In this document: in pieces, positions 26,089 to 39,257 of the stretch
Numbering within the stretch: the first letter of the stretch is position 1
Layout of the letters: the number at the start of each line of letters is the position of its first letter
Origin: Chiloscyllium plagiosum
Taxonomy: Eukaryota
Reading direction: 5' to 3'
Assembly: GCF_004010195.1 (NCBI RefSeq)
Contig: NC_057755.1
Span: 12,270,966 to 12,331,812 of the forward strand
DNA: 60,847 bases
Notes under the pieces: generated by a model
The model's database searches: none
What the model was told of the DNA's origin: nothing
The model's input: the letters and a program-made list of their open reading frames with translations, nothing else
Translations under genes and position numbers: made by a program

Positions 26089-26169
26089 GCAGCAGGATTG
26101 CACCCCACAGCAGACCAGATCGAGATGTTTGCCTACCAGTTGCCAGATGCCACCCTGTCAAATCTGATC
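26089..26169 (+). CDS. SUPV3L1: SUPV3L1 exon 12
   Basis: ttaag| ... |gtaagt. [27 protein letters not shown]. Confidence 0.96.
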
Positions 26170-26218
26170 GTAAGTGTTTTGCTCAGAGTTACTGCTTACT
26201 GTGAAATTTCTTTGTGAA

Positions 26219-26786
26219 GATGTGGAGATGCCAATGTTGGACTGGGTTGAGCAAGGTCAAAAGTCACACAATACCAGGTTGTAGTCCAACAAGTTTATTT
26301 GAAAGCACTAGTTTTTGAGCATTGCACCTTCATTAGGTGCTAGAGAGGGAGGAAGACCTTAGATGCAAAATTTATAAGGAAAAGATCAAAAGGTCATACA
26401 ACTCGTGAACATTTTGAACACACCTAAGACAGCTCTTAAATCTTTAATCAGTTAGAATGGAGGTGCAGGTTTCGATTGATTTAAACTGCAAATCCTGGAA
26501 TTTTTTTCAAGTCACTGTCTTGTGATAACTTATGGTGTTATCAATACTTTATCTTGGGGCAATGACTTGAAAGAAATTCTGAGATTGGCATATTAAATCA
26601 ATCAAAACCTGCACCTCCTTTCTAACTAATTTAAAAATTGAAGAGCCATCTTAGGTGTGTTCGATTCACTCACAAGAGTTGAATGGCCTTTTGATCTTTT
26701 CCTTAAATTCTGTCTAAGGTCTTCCTGTCTCACTAGCACCTGATAAAGAAGCAGCACTCTGAAAAGTAGTGTTTTCAAATGAATCC
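26219..26786. mobile_element. Older, long fold-back element, family B, in SUPV3L1 intron 12
   Basis: Arms about 26293-26529 / 26549-26783 with a decayed HHR near each outer end; 12-bp TSD tttctttgtgaa (26207-26218 / 26787-26798). Confidence 0.85.
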
Positions 26787-26884
26787 TTTCTTTGTGAAAC
26801 ACCTTTATTGACTGATCACTTCTCTACAAATTTAAAGCTAAACCAATGTTCCTTTACTTTTTCTTGCCTTTCCTCTGAACACAG

Positions 26885-27061
26885 GACATATTTGTGAGCC
26901 TCTCGCAAGTCGATGGACTATACTTCGTGTGCAATATCGATGATTTCAAGTTCCTGGCTGATATGATTCAGCATATCCCATTGAATCTCCGTGTACGATA
27001 TGTTTTCTGCACTGCACCAATAAACAGGAAGCATCCCTTTGTCTGCACCTCCTTTTTAAAG
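26885..27061 (+). CDS. SUPV3L1: SUPV3L1 exon 13
   Basis: acag| ... |gtattt. [59 protein letters not shown]. Confidence 0.96.
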
Positions 27062-27279
27062 GTATTTTACTCATCCGTCAGTCATATACCAATGAGATTG
27101 TTTCTTCTTCCTTCTTCATACATTAACCATTACATTATGATACAAAGAATGTGGATTTACTTAACACGTTTTCTGACTTCAAGATACTCCAGTGGAGTAT
27201 GTATTGCAAGTGTAGATGATGATGTAATGTGGCAGATGCAGTGTGCACGCAGCAGTCTTTAATCAACAGCAATGTGACG

Positions 27280-27604
27280 ATTAGATTAGATTAGACTACT
27301 TACAGTGTGGAAACAGGCCCTTCGGCCCAACAAGTCCACACCGACCCTCCGAAGAGCAACCCATCCAGACCCATTCCCCTACATTTACCCCTTCACCTAA
27401 CATTACGAGCAATTTAACATGGCCAATTCACCTAACCTGCACATGTTTGGACTGTGGGAGGAAACCGGAGCACCCAGAGGAAACCCACGCAGACACGGGG
27501 AGAATGTGCAAACTCCACACAGTCACTCGCCTGAGGCAGGAATTGAACCTGGGTCTCTGGCGCTGTGAGGCAGCAGTGCTAACCACTGGGCCACCGTGCT
27601 GCCC
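27280..27604 (-). mobile_element. HE1-like V-SINE
   Basis: Reverse complement of the same consensus, with an (attag)n tail. Confidence 0.88.
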
Positions 27605-29438
27605 AAAATTTAATGATTTGAGGTGTAAGGATTGGCTAGATACCAGAAAATATTTCTCTGCTATTTGATCAGGACAATAGGATCTTATTTGCATTCTTAA
27701 GAGAAAACAGACTAAACCTCAGTTAAACTTGGCATCAAAAGACAACACCTCTAACAGTGCAGCATGTTTGCGGCCTCTGCTGCAGATTTTGAGCTCTCGA
27801 CCTTCTGAATGAGAAGTGAGAGTGAGCTATATTTTTCTGGAAGAACAATTCCCTGAAATAAAGCCTCTACATTAATCGTGTGGCAATACTGTTCTTACAC
27901 CACACAAAATGTTGGCAGTTGTCCAGACAAGCAGTAGTCAGTCTATTGGCTTTAATAAACTGTGTTTTCAGGGTTCGTGATCATAGTTAAGCAGTCAACT
28001 ATTAATTGCAATTATCTGATAGCTTTTGAGTTTCAGAAGTAGTTTAAATATGATACCATTAGTTAGAGAAAGAAAATATACTACTGTGACGTTTAGAAAT
28101 AATTCAGTGATACCAGAGGATAGGAAGTACCAGTGATAGGAGGAAGACTCCCTATCCCCTTTCCTTCTGATCTACCTTCTATCTGCCTGGTGAAGACTGC
28201 TGTCTGGGAAAACTGCACTCTGCAGTCAGTCTGCTCTATTCTTGATTCCTGCATGGATTTGACTTAGTCTTAGCATGGTACCACTCCAGCGTGGTATCTG
28301 GTTCCTTACCTATTGCGGCTTCTGTGTAGTTATTCCAGTGTAGAACTGGCCTAGTTCCTGTGGGCTTCCCATGGCAATTCCTATCCTGAGTACTTCTCCC
28401 GCGCTCTCTCATGTGCTCTCTGTTTGTAGTGACAGTTTTTTTTTTTGGCCAATGGCACAGTGGGACAACTATTATCACCCCATTTCATGCCTTCATCTGA
28501 GGGTTAGTTTACTATTCTTTTTGAAAATGACCTTAGAAAGAAGACAAATAAGTGTGTTTGCTACCAGATGAATTGTAGATGCTGGTTTTGGACGACATGA
28601 CCTGTCTGTTTTTCCTAAGTCTTCCCATTGTTTTCATGCACTAAAATTTTGGAGAGTTAATTACTGCTGTAATACCTATTAAATGCAACCTACTAGTACA
28701 CGGTGAATACTGGGAAAATTCAGTTCATAAGGGACCCAACATATGTTACATAAGGAAGTTCCCTTTAGAATAACTATTGAGAGAATTTTGTGGTGAAAGG
28801 CCAAATTAATGTATAATGTAATATCCTCGTGTATTAATGCTCTGGACTTTGGTGTGCCAAGGACAGTTTCCATTTGCAGAATACACTAAACTTAGAGTTG
28901 TAAATTGTGAAGAGAATACTGTGGAACTTCAAAATGACATCGATAAATGAGGGGCAACTACTGCTGAATGTGGAGAAGTGATGCATTTTTGTTGGAAGAA
29001 CATTGAAAGACAATACAAAATAGGGGTACAATTCTAAAGGGGGTGCAGCAGCAGAGGAACCTGATGTGCACAGATCATTGATCGTGGCAGGCCAGGTGGT
29101 GGCCAGTTAATAAACATTTTCTGTGATCTCACTCTTGAATATTTTCAAAATCCATCCCTCTTATGCAGCTATTCAACTGCTGCTTTCATTGACACAGATT
29201 GAAAATGGGAAAAGAAAACTTCTCTCCCTCTTTCCCGGTTCAGTCTTGATACCCTGCCCTAGTGACAGAGCATTTGATCTCTCTCATTTGAACTACTGGG
29301 ACTTGAATCCCATTCCCATCAAGCAGTTACAAAACCCAGTAAGCCAGTTACTTCATTGACAGATCTCACTTGCTGTGCAGCAGAGTTCTTCATTTTCTTG
29401 TTTAGCCTTGCCTCCCACCTCTAAGAGACATAAACTTA

Positions 29439-29583
29439 AACGTTAAAAATCACACAACACCAGGTTTTAGTCCAACAGGTTTAATTGGAAGCACACTAGC
29501 TTCCAATTAAACCTGTTGAACTATAACCTGGTGTTGTGATTTTTAACTTTGTACACCCCAGTCCAACACCGGCATCTCCAAAT
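29439..29583. mobile_element. Short fold-back element, family B
   Basis: Arms pivot at cactagcttcc; 10-bp TSD cataaactta (29429-29438 / 29584-29593). Confidence 0.85.
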
Positions 29584-31173
29584 CATAAACTTATAACAGT
29601 AGCTTCCCTTAAAGTTACACATAAGTAATCCTACATTTTATTTTTATAAATCCCTTATAAAGCCCTTACAAATCAACACAACAAGAAAGGCCATTCTTAT
29701 GGATGATTTGAAATCCAGTTTACAAGTTGAGTGTGGAACAGTTTTGATTCTGCAAGACCATCTAGCATTTTCTGCTCAGAACTTTCAAGTATTTCGCACA
29801 TGGGGTTCCGGATGAGCTTTTGTTCTGAGCACTCACCATCAATAGAAAAATTCTTGTCCTTTTTAAAGCTCCTGCAGTACCAGAATTAACACTTATTTCA
29901 TCCATTTTAATGGAAGATCCCAGATGGAAACTGAGATGTGGTTTAAAATATTCTGATTCGGGACACAACAACTCAAATACAAAGGGAAGGAATATAAATC
30001 AGGAAATTGTGATTATGTGCTGCCAAGATTAGGTTTCAAGCCAACTTGATTAGAGGACTGAGTTCAGAGGGTTCACACAGTTAACATACTGAAACTCAAC
30101 AGTGAGCTGGAACAGGAGTTCACTACTGTTGTTGATTTCAGAAATACTGAGGAGGTAGAGTCTGTTTAAAATTTGGGTGCGTGGGAGAATGCACTAAAAT
30201 GCATTTACTTTGTCTGGAATGATCAAATCAATGCAAAAATGTAATTATCAACCATGAGCTTTTCTTGTACAGATTTTATTTGAGCCTCTGGGGTTTGGGA
30301 GCAATCAATATGTCTTGGAAGAATTGCACTTCATGGAAGGTTAAAAGTTAAAAGTTAAATGGTTTAATCTGAAGGAGATAATTGAGTTGGAGATGAGTAG
30401 AACATAACAATAGAAGTAGACTGTTCAGTTTGAAAAAAAGGGAGTGCAAATGTGGAATTCAAGACAAATAGATCAGTCGTAATCTTATTGAATAGCGGAG
30501 TAGGCTCAAGGAGCTGAATGGTCTCCTACTCTTGATGTGTATGTATGAACCTGCTCTGTGATTTAATTAGATCATCGCTGATATCTACCTCAATGCCACA
30601 CATCACTGCCAAATCCTTCACTGTAATTATAGTGTGTTTTCCATTCAGGGGTCAGCAATAGTGGGGTCAAGTCTGAGAAGAGGCAAAGGAGAAATGTTAA
30701 AACTGCAAAAGAAGAGGATGTAGCTCCTGGTTACATTTTAAGAAATGATCTCTAGGAGAGGGATGATTTTCCCTGTGCCGTTAGAAACTGAGGATAATCA
30801 CAAATTCTGGTGATGAAGTGAAATCATCAGAACAGGAAATAGTTAAATTATAATATTGGTACCAGGAAGGAAACTGGAAACCTCCAAAGATAAATTACAA
30901 ACCACACTTGGTTATCGCAAATCAGCTTTAAGCTACTCTGCCACGGGTCCATATGAGAAAGCATATGTGAACAACAGAGAAAATTGTCAGTTGCATTAAT
31001 ACATACTCTGGAAGGTGTGGTTAATGAGTCGTAGCTCTACCAGATAAGCTCGTACAATGAAACCATTAGAAGGAAAACAGCTATTTCGATCAAAATAAAT
31101 CTTTTAAAAATTTTGGATTTTACTATGGTCTCCCAAAATAGTTTGTGATCCCTAACAGTCAGGATTCCTGGCT

Positions 31174-31262
31174 ATTCAGTATTGTGTATTCACTATTGTG
31201 ATATCCACAACATTCAGCATTGTGTATTCACTATTGTGATATCCACAACATTCAGTATTGTG
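31174..31262. repeat. 38-bp tandem repeat, about 2.3 copies
   Basis: attcag(t/c)attgtgtattcactattgtgatatccacaac at 31174, 31212 and partial at 31250. Confidence 0.9.
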
Positions 31263-31352
31263 AATAGCACATTACATCATTGATCTGTTGATTTGACATT
31301 TGCAGTCTAATTTTCCTTTTTTCTTAACTTTGAGTCTGTTTGCATTTTTTAG

Positions 31353-31501
31353 TTTGCCAGACAGTTCAGCAGGAATGAGCCACTGACGTTCGAGTGGTTA
31401 TGTCGACACATTAACTGGCCATTAGTGCCACCGAAAAATATCAAAGACCTTGTACACTTGGAGGCTGTGCATGACGTATTGGATCTGTACTTATGGTTAA
31501 G
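31353..31501 (+). CDS. SUPV3L1: SUPV3L1 exon 14
   Basis: tttag| ... |gtaagt. [49 protein letters not shown](S). Confidence 0.96.
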
Positions 31502-33627
31502 GTAAGTTAAGGAGCCTGGATCCATTGTTTGGGAATGTCTTTCAACTCTGATATTTGATAAAGCTCATTTTGTCTAGCAAATCCATTTGATAGCTATTCA
31601 TCCAAAGCTGAGATGTTTTGAACGGTATCTTGATTGGTTCTGGTCTCTTTCTGTACCTTGTCTTGGATTGGCTCTGATTCCTGGTTCAGATTGAAATATA
31701 TGAATTATAGCAGTTTAAGACAGGATTTACACATGTTTACCTATTCTGCCCAGCCTAATCCCACTTCCCAGCTCTTGGTCCCTGATCTTGTAGTTTAAAG
31801 TATCAAAAATATTTCACTTGGTAGTATAAAAGTTAAACGTTGCTGAAAGTGACTCATTGACAGAGCTTTTCAGCTTGCATTCATCCAAACTAAGGTGCCA
31901 AATTTCAAACCATCACAATAGCTTATACTACAGGAAAAAGCAAGTTGTTTGTTTGGCAAGTCAGCTGGAGCTGAAGCTTTGCTGTGGGGAAAGCAACAGG
32001 GAATTATAGACAACCCAAACTCTTGGGTAAGGCTTCAGCATTTTACTGTTGTTTGCAAAGAACAGGTCCCTTCTGAATTATGGTACCCGTGAGTGTAAAC
32101 GAGCTCCAACAGATTGCCTTATGTTGGTGATGATTTTGGGCTTGCTGTCTTGTCAAATCATTGCTCACAGATTTTTATGCTTTGCTTGCGTGTCTCGGCT
32201 GAGTGCAGACATGACCTCCATTATTACCTCTTCTAAGCAAAACCTTATGAAGTTAGTCAAATATATGTCTTAAATCTCTGCTGTGTTTTTGATTAACCCA
32301 TGCCTTACTAAATGAAGATTTACATCTTTCATAAAGTCATTTAACTCCTTAATACTTCCTCTCATTTTATTTAATCTAATACTTCACACCATCTATACTG
32401 AATCACTGTTCTGAGAACCAAATATTTGTGAAGAGTCATTTTAATGTCTTCCATCTCTGTGGTTTATTCTAACTGGCCTGACTGTTAACCTCTTGCTGTT
32501 TATGTAGTTACATTTTTTAAAACCTTCAGGTTTTCCTTGATTTATGTTTTTCATTACCTTTGTTTTCTTCATGACATGTTGGGCCCTCTGCTATAAGCTT
32601 TCCTTTTTTTTAAACCTCTCCTTTGAACTCCTTGACTAGCAGATGCTAGTTTGTTGATCTCTTTTACTGTAGGTGAATATTAAGGCCACACCATGAGGAT
32701 GTTGCCTTGTGGGGCAATCTGGGTCATGATTTTAGGATAAGGGATAACAAATTTAATACAGGGATGTGCAGACATGACTTCTGTCAAACGGTCATAAATC
32801 TGTGGAATTCACTATTGCAGAGTGCTGGATGCCAAGATGTAGAGTAAATTCAAGGGGATAGATTTTTAGTCAGCAATAGGCTGAAGGGTTATGAAGAGCA
32901 GGCAAAAAATTGAATTATGGTAAAAATAGTATCAGCCATGGTTATATGGAATGGCAAAGCAAGCTCAAGGATCTTAATTATCAGCTCTTGCTCTTAGTTC
33001 TTATGTGAATCCTCCCTATCTCTTCCTTGAATACCTCCCACTGACCTGGCATTGATGATAAACTTACAAGGAGCTATTTCTAGTTGACAGCTAAATCACA
33101 TCACAGTTGAAGAAAATTAGTTTTTTTGAGTTGAGAATTGTTTTTTCCAGTTTATGTTTATCTTTTTCTATAACTATGCTTTAAGTCCAACTAAATTATG
33201 ATAAGTTCTAGAAAAGCGCTCCCCAAATTGATACCCTTTTCCCTGCTGCTCAGTTTCTGTAAAACTAAATCCACGTCCTTTGTTGAGGGCATTATGGATT
33301 GGCTAAAATGTGTTCTCTTGAATGAAGAATTCAGATTCCCCCCACCCCCGACCCCTGCCCCAAAACCATTCACACTAATGCTATCCAAGTTAATAATGTA
33401 GCATTTCAGACATTTGCTTCTAGGTTTGCCCTTCCACTTCCCTTGACTGTTTGGCAGTCTAAAGTGCGTTCCCAGCCTTGTGTGATGTTTCCTTTTTGGT
33501 TCTTCTCGTCAGTCTGGTGATTTATTTGATGACCCTTATGCCAAACCATTCCCCTCTCTCAACTTTAATTATTTTCCTTCCTGATCTCAAGCTGGTACTA
33601 ACCTCTGTTCCTTTTCATCTGTCTTAG

Positions 33628-34099
33628 TTACCGGTTCATGGACATGTTCCCAGATGTGAACCTTGTGCGAGAGATCCAGATCGAGCTGGACAGCATCATA
33701 CAGATTGGGGTGAAGAATATCACTCGTCTGATCCGTGCTTCGGATTCCATCTCCACAACAACTGCTGCAGGCGCCGAAGATGCTTCTGTTTATGGAGGAA
33801 TATGGATTAATGAGAGGACAAACGTGGAGAACATGAATTCCAAGGATCAGGTTTACATTGGATCTAGACGGATACGAGGGTCCAAGATTTTAGGCTACAG
33901 AGGAGAGGTTTATAAAGCGGAAATGCCTGGTGACTCTTTGAGTGCCAGGCTGGTTCAGCAAGGACATCTGACAGCTGAATTATTGCAGCAGCTTCAGGAG
34001 GAGTGGGCAGCCAGCCATGGTCTCCAAACCTCCAGAAATGCCACGACCCAAGAGCCAAGTAAATCCACATCCAGAGGATTGAGGAAGAAAAAGAAATAG
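33628..34099 (+). CDS. SUPV3L1: SUPV3L1 terminal coding exon 15 (stop TAG)
   Basis: cttag| acceptor. YRFMDMFPDVNLVREIQIELDSIIQIGVKNITRLI...SLSARLVQQGHLTAELLQQLQEEW...RGLRKKKK*. The 12 exons sum to 1940 nt, +1 nt from exon 3 = 647 codons including the stop. Confidence 0.96.
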
Positions 34100-34146
34100 C
34101 TTCAGTATATTTATTCTACTCTGAAAATGTTCTCTCCAGTTTAAAC

Positions 34147-34152
34147 AATAAA
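34147..34152 (+). promoter_or_regulatory. Candidate SUPV3L1 polyadenylation signal AATAAA
   Basis: Canonical hexamer 48 nt after the stop codon; usage not shown. Confidence 0.6.
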
Positions 34153-37000
34153 GAAGTGATTGGACTATGTGCAAAAAACCTGGTTTTCCCAGTTTGCTTG
34201 ATGTCTTTGACTGCCAGCTGCACAGAAATCAAAGTAAAGATTTTCCATTCCGGTGCCTCCCTGTAATCTTGATTGTTGGATCATGGTGTCAGAACCGATA
34301 CTGTAACTCTCAGTTCATGCAGGTATCACAGATCCTATCAACCCATGTGTGTTAAGAGCACCTAATATTTGCATAATGCCTTCAATTAAGGATGGAAGAT
34401 TTAAAAGAGAGGGGAGAGTTTTGGGGATAGCATTCCAAAGCTTAAGGCCTTGGCAGCAGAAAAGAGGGGCATCAGTGAGGGTCGTGGGGAATACGCAAAC
34501 TTTGGGCATTTGGTGAATGAGAGAATTTTGTATGATGAATGAGGAAATGCATTTTAACAAAAAAAAAAGTCGAGAGGGAGCAGATGGTGGTGAATCTTCG
34601 AAATCCTCTACCCTAGAGGTCTGTGGAAGCTCAGCTATTGAACATGTTCAAGACAGAAATTCACAGATTTCTCCATATTAAAAACTTAAAGGGCTATCAG
34701 TAGGGTGCAGGAAAATAGTGTTGAAGTAGATTAGCAATGATCCCATTGAATGGCACAGTGGGCTGAAAGGGCTGGACAGCCTCTGCTGCCAATCTGTTCT
34801 TCTGAGTTCAAGAAACTAATTAAAGTCTAAAAGCAGGAACACATTTTGGGATCATGGATAAGCAGGTGAGACCTGTTGCTTGCACTTCTCCAATTTTGGG
34901 ATTGTCAGCCACTTCATTGGGCTTGTGCCAAAGTTCATATTAAGAAACAGTGAACCTGAGGATTGGGAGGAGTCTAGAATTGGAGCATGAGGGGGGAAAA
35001 GTAGTGAGAGTGAACTGACGAGGAACATAAAAGTTGATTGTAAAGGTTATTTAATATAAAAGGATGAGTGTAGATAAATAAAGGTCCTTATGCTCTAAAG
35101 AGAGGAATGGATAGTGAAAAACAAGGAAAGGATAGAGCAATTAAAGAAGTATTTTAGCTCTGCCTTCATAGAAGAAGTCACAAGTATGTTTTCAGAAATG
35201 CTAGGGAAGCCAAGGTCTGTTAGCAAGAAGAAGTTGAAATTAGTTCTAAAAGAAAGAATTGCGGAGAAATTAATAGGATTGAAAGCTGATATTCCAGGAG
35301 CCTGATAATTCACATCCTTGGGTATTAAAGGAGGTGACCATCGAAATAATGGATGTGCTTGTTGGGGTTATTGAGGGAATTGTGCATAATGTATCTAAGT
35401 TTGCTGCCAACACAAAAATGGATGTTCGAACGGTGGTAAGAATGCAAAGTGGTTCAATAAATATCATTGCAGTCCTTAAGCATTATAAAGTTTGTTCCCA
35501 TATTTTTAATTATCTGCAAATATTTCATTTTTTCCAACTACTTTTCCAGATTGTAATCTCATTTCTTTCTGCTGTTACCTCATTCTAGTATCTTTGGTAC
35601 AAATTAATTCATGTCAACATTCTGTTTCAGATTTTTGATTTCTTCAATATGCTCCTTGGATCTTATTTCATCAGTTTATTGTTAAACATCTTTCTTTCTT
35701 TCTGTCTTTCTTTATATTGTTGTTTTCAGTCCTTCAGGCTAAGTACCACCTTTTTGCTTTTGCATACTCTATTTTTTGCACTTCCTAGTCAATCCAGTTC
35801 TTCAGGTATATTGTACACTTAGTTTCATTGTCTTCGTAGAATCCCGATAATGTGGAATGAGACCATTTGGTTCAGCAAGTTCACACCGACTCTCTGAAGA
35901 ATAACCTACCCAGACCCATCCCCCTACTTTGTTCCACATTTTCCCAGACTAATGCATCTCACCTACGCATCCCTGAACACTCTGGGCAATTTAGCATTGC
36001 CAATTCACCATGGATCGTGGGAGAAAACCAAAGCACCTGGATAACTTTCCTCACTATCAACGATATCTCCTAATTCTGTATCATCCTCAAACTTACTTAA
36101 TCATGCCTAGTACATTCACATCCAGATCATTTATGGAAATAACAAAGGTCCCAGCACCGACCCCTGTGGCACACTACAGTCTGAGAAACAACCTTCCAAC
36201 TTCACCCTTTGCTTCCTACCATTGAGCCAATTTTGAATCCAATTAGCTAGCTCTTCCTGGATCCCATGCGATCTTATCTTCATGAATCGTCTGCCATGTG
36301 GGACCTTGTCAAAGCCCTTACTGACGTCCATATAAACAACATCCACTTCCCTGCCCTCATCTATCCTTTTGGTTACCTCTTCAAAAACTCTAAAAGGTTT
36401 GTCAGACATGATTTCCTGCACACAAATCCATTCTGACTATCCCTAATCAGCATTTGACTTTCCAAATGTTAGTTCATCTTGTCCCTCAGTATCCTTTCCA
36501 ATAACTTGCCTACCGCTGATGTCAGGCTCGCTGGCCTGTAGTTCCCTGGCTAGTCTTTGCTACCTTTCTTAAAGGATGGAACAATATTAGCCACCCTCCA
36601 GTTTTCTGGAACTTCACCAGCGGCTAAAGCTGAAGCAAAACTCTGCAGAGGACTCTACAATTTCTTCTCTGGCCTCCCAATGTCCGAGAATGGACTTGAT
36701 CAAGCCCAGGGCACTTATCCACCTTTAATGCGCTTTGAGGCTGCAAACACCTCCTCTCTAGTGATATGTTTGCGGTCCAAAACATCCCTTATTTCTTTAG
36801 TATCATTGATTCTCTCCTCACTAAACATTGAGGAAAAATACTCATTGAAAATCTTCACCATCTCCTGTGGCTCCACAAGTAGATGACCATGCTGATCTTT
36901 AAGGGACCTATTCTCTCCCTGGCCACCTTTTTACTCCTAATATAGCTACTGAATCTCTTGAGATTATCTTTAACTTTATCTACCAGATCTATCTCATACC

Positions 37001-37177
37001 TTAGCGAGTTTTGAGAAGATTTGTTGACATCACCAACCCAAGGAAACCCAAACATATAAATAAAAAGCAGGCTACACCACCATCAATGGGCGTGCTGAAA
37101 ATGTTACCTAGTATGATGATGATGATGAAACATCTGAAAATGAACCTTCCAGCTCAGCAAGCAAACCTACATCCAGA
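37001..37177 (+). mobile_element. Short Poseidon-type 3' fragment, probably with an inverted terminus
   Basis: 10-bp TSD atctcatacc (36991-37000 / 37178-37187); decayed HHR. The first ~23 nt resemble the terminus seen at 57184-57204. Confidence 0.75.
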
Positions 37178-37502
37178 ATCTCATACCCTGTTTTTGCTGT
37201 TCTGATTTCCCTCTTAAATGGGTTCTGACACTTTTTATAGTCATCTGTAGATTCGCTTAAACCCAATGTATGCCTTCTTCCCTGTTTTCTTTGTATTCCT
37301 CAGGCCCTGTCAAATTTTAGCTTCCCAAACATTCCATATGCTTCCTTATATTTTTGTTTTTATTAAGTTCACAACCTCCCTCATCATCTAAGGGTCCCTT
37401 ACCTTACCAGGAGAAAGTGAGGTCTGCAGATGCTGGAGATCAAAGTTGAAACTTTATTGCTGGAACAGCACAGCAGGTCAGGCAGCATCCAGGGAACAGG
37501 AG

Positions 37503-37538
37503 ATTCGACGTTTCGGGCACAGGCCCTTCTTCAGGAAT
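37503..37538 (-). ncRNA. Minimal hammerhead ribozyme motif, minus-strand twin of 37754-37789
   Basis: Reverse complement is identical to the + strand motif. Confidence 0.8.
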
Positions 37539-37753
37539 GAGCAGAGAGTGTTCAGCAGGAGAAGATAAAAGGTAGGGAGGAGGGACTTGGAGGAGGGGAG
37601 TTGGAAATGTCTTCTTCTTGACCTCTCCGCCTCCACCCTACTCCGACCTATCACCCTCACCTTGACCTCTTTCCACCTATCACATTTCCAACGCCCCTCC
37701 TCCAAGTCCCTCCTCCCTACCTTTTATCTTCTCCTGCTGAACACTCTCTGCTC

Positions 37754-37789
37754 ATTCCTGAAGAAGGGCCTGTGCCCGAAACGTCGAAT
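37754..37789 (+). ncRNA. Minimal hammerhead ribozyme motif in a PLE terminal repeat
   Basis: ATTC-CTGAAGA-A-GGGC(ctgt)GCCC-GAA-ACGT-C-GAAT: 4-bp stem I, conserved core, 4-bp stem II, palindromic ACGU stem III, GUC cleavage triplet. Confidence 0.8.
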
Positions 37790-39257
37790 CTCCTGTTCCC
37801 TGGATGCTGCCTGACCTGCTGTGCTGTTCCAGCAATAAAGTTTCAACTTTGATATCCAAATGAATCCAACAAGAACTGGACCAAGCATATGTGGTACTCA
37901 TAATCTTCTTCATCCTAAGTATACGCATGATTTTACTACAACTGCTAAGTATTTCATCAGTAATATTTTCAGCAACATAACACAAAACATCGCAGATAAG
38001 AAAAACTGCAGCATATTAACATGCCAAATTTCCCCTAAAGTAAATGCATTAAAATTCCATCAAATTTGACAATATTGTTATGTATTTGGCTTTAAGGGGT
38101 TAACACGTAGGGGGTTCCATACAACAGCCAAGCAGGGTGAGATCAATAGTTGTGATGTTGAGAAGATATGCTCTTCTTCATTAGGGTAAATAAAACCACA
38201 GAAAGTAGACAAAATCAAACACAAAATATTGCTGAGGAAAGGAGTGAACAAAGACAGAAATGGGAACTATTTAAATGTAAATCTATGATTCGCTCCAGTA
38301 ATAATATCTAACAATATTCAATATCTAGGATCATACCAAAAGAGTACTTTGAAGTATTAAAGGGATTTTCTGCTATCTAGTGATCTCTGAGGCATGAAGT
38401 TTCCCTTTCTTGATATGTGCAAGATCAAGACAAACACTAGGCATACAGTAACAGTGATATCACCGCAGGGAGTTGGCAGCCAATTACACTGAAGTATTCT
38501 CAAACAGCAAATCAGAAAGTAAAATGCAGTAAAATCTTCTACTCAATTAAAATTTCCACAGAGTAAATACAAATCATCAGTGATACACATGGGATTAAAG
38601 TAGCTGAAATATCATAACTTTTTTTTAAATTTGAAAAAAACATTATTGCCATAATAATGGCAAAAAAGCATCCCAGTGATATAACATTAGATTTCTATGA
38701 GTAACTATTGAGTTATTAAAATTAAATTGCATTTATATAGTAACTGTTATGGCCACAGAAAGATCCAAAATGCTTTACAGCCAATAAAGTACTTTGGAAG
38801 TACAGTCAGTGTTGACACATAGCAGGCAATTTACATGTAGCAAGCTCCCACAAAAAGAAATGCTGTACTAATTATTGAAAAAATATTGACTATGACACCT
38901 GGAACAACTTTCTCATCAGTGGTGAGGTTCTGGAACCCACGAGTTCAAAGGGTAATACAGGCAAAAACCATAATCACATTAAAACATGCGGTGGAACAGT
39001 CAATGGGTTTAGGAATCAAAATTTGGAGAGTGGGATTAGTGTGACGAGGTATTCATCGACTGGTATGGACATAATGTGCCAGACGACTACCTTCTGTGCA
39101 TGAAATCTTACTGTGTTTTCTATGTATCTATAACTCTTATTAAAAATAGTGCCATTGGCTCTTCTATGTCTACATTAGAGGACAGACAGGCCTTCACTTA
39201 GTAGGCTCTCGTCAAAAAGATAGCAGCTTAAATCTTCCAACTTCCCTCACTGGATTG

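Noticed and set aside
26086..26095. Alternative acceptors (aag gcag cag) at exon 12
   Set aside because: The downstream AGs shift the frame by 4 or 7 nt; only 26088 preserves the conserved AAGLHP.
28236..28571. Unique-looking stretch with short ORFs in SUPV3L1 intron 13
   Set aside because: No recognisable protein, splice sites or snoRNA boxes; cannot be supported without a search.
31174..31262. Possible CRISPR-like array
   Set aside because: Head-to-tail repeat without spacers, in a eukaryotic intron.
37434..37858. Palindromes as DNA-transposon MITEs or miRNA genes
   Set aside because: Variable 8-17-bp TSDs, asymmetric tails and identity with the repeat next to a GIY-YIG ORF indicate retro (PLE) origin; no evidence of miRNA processing.
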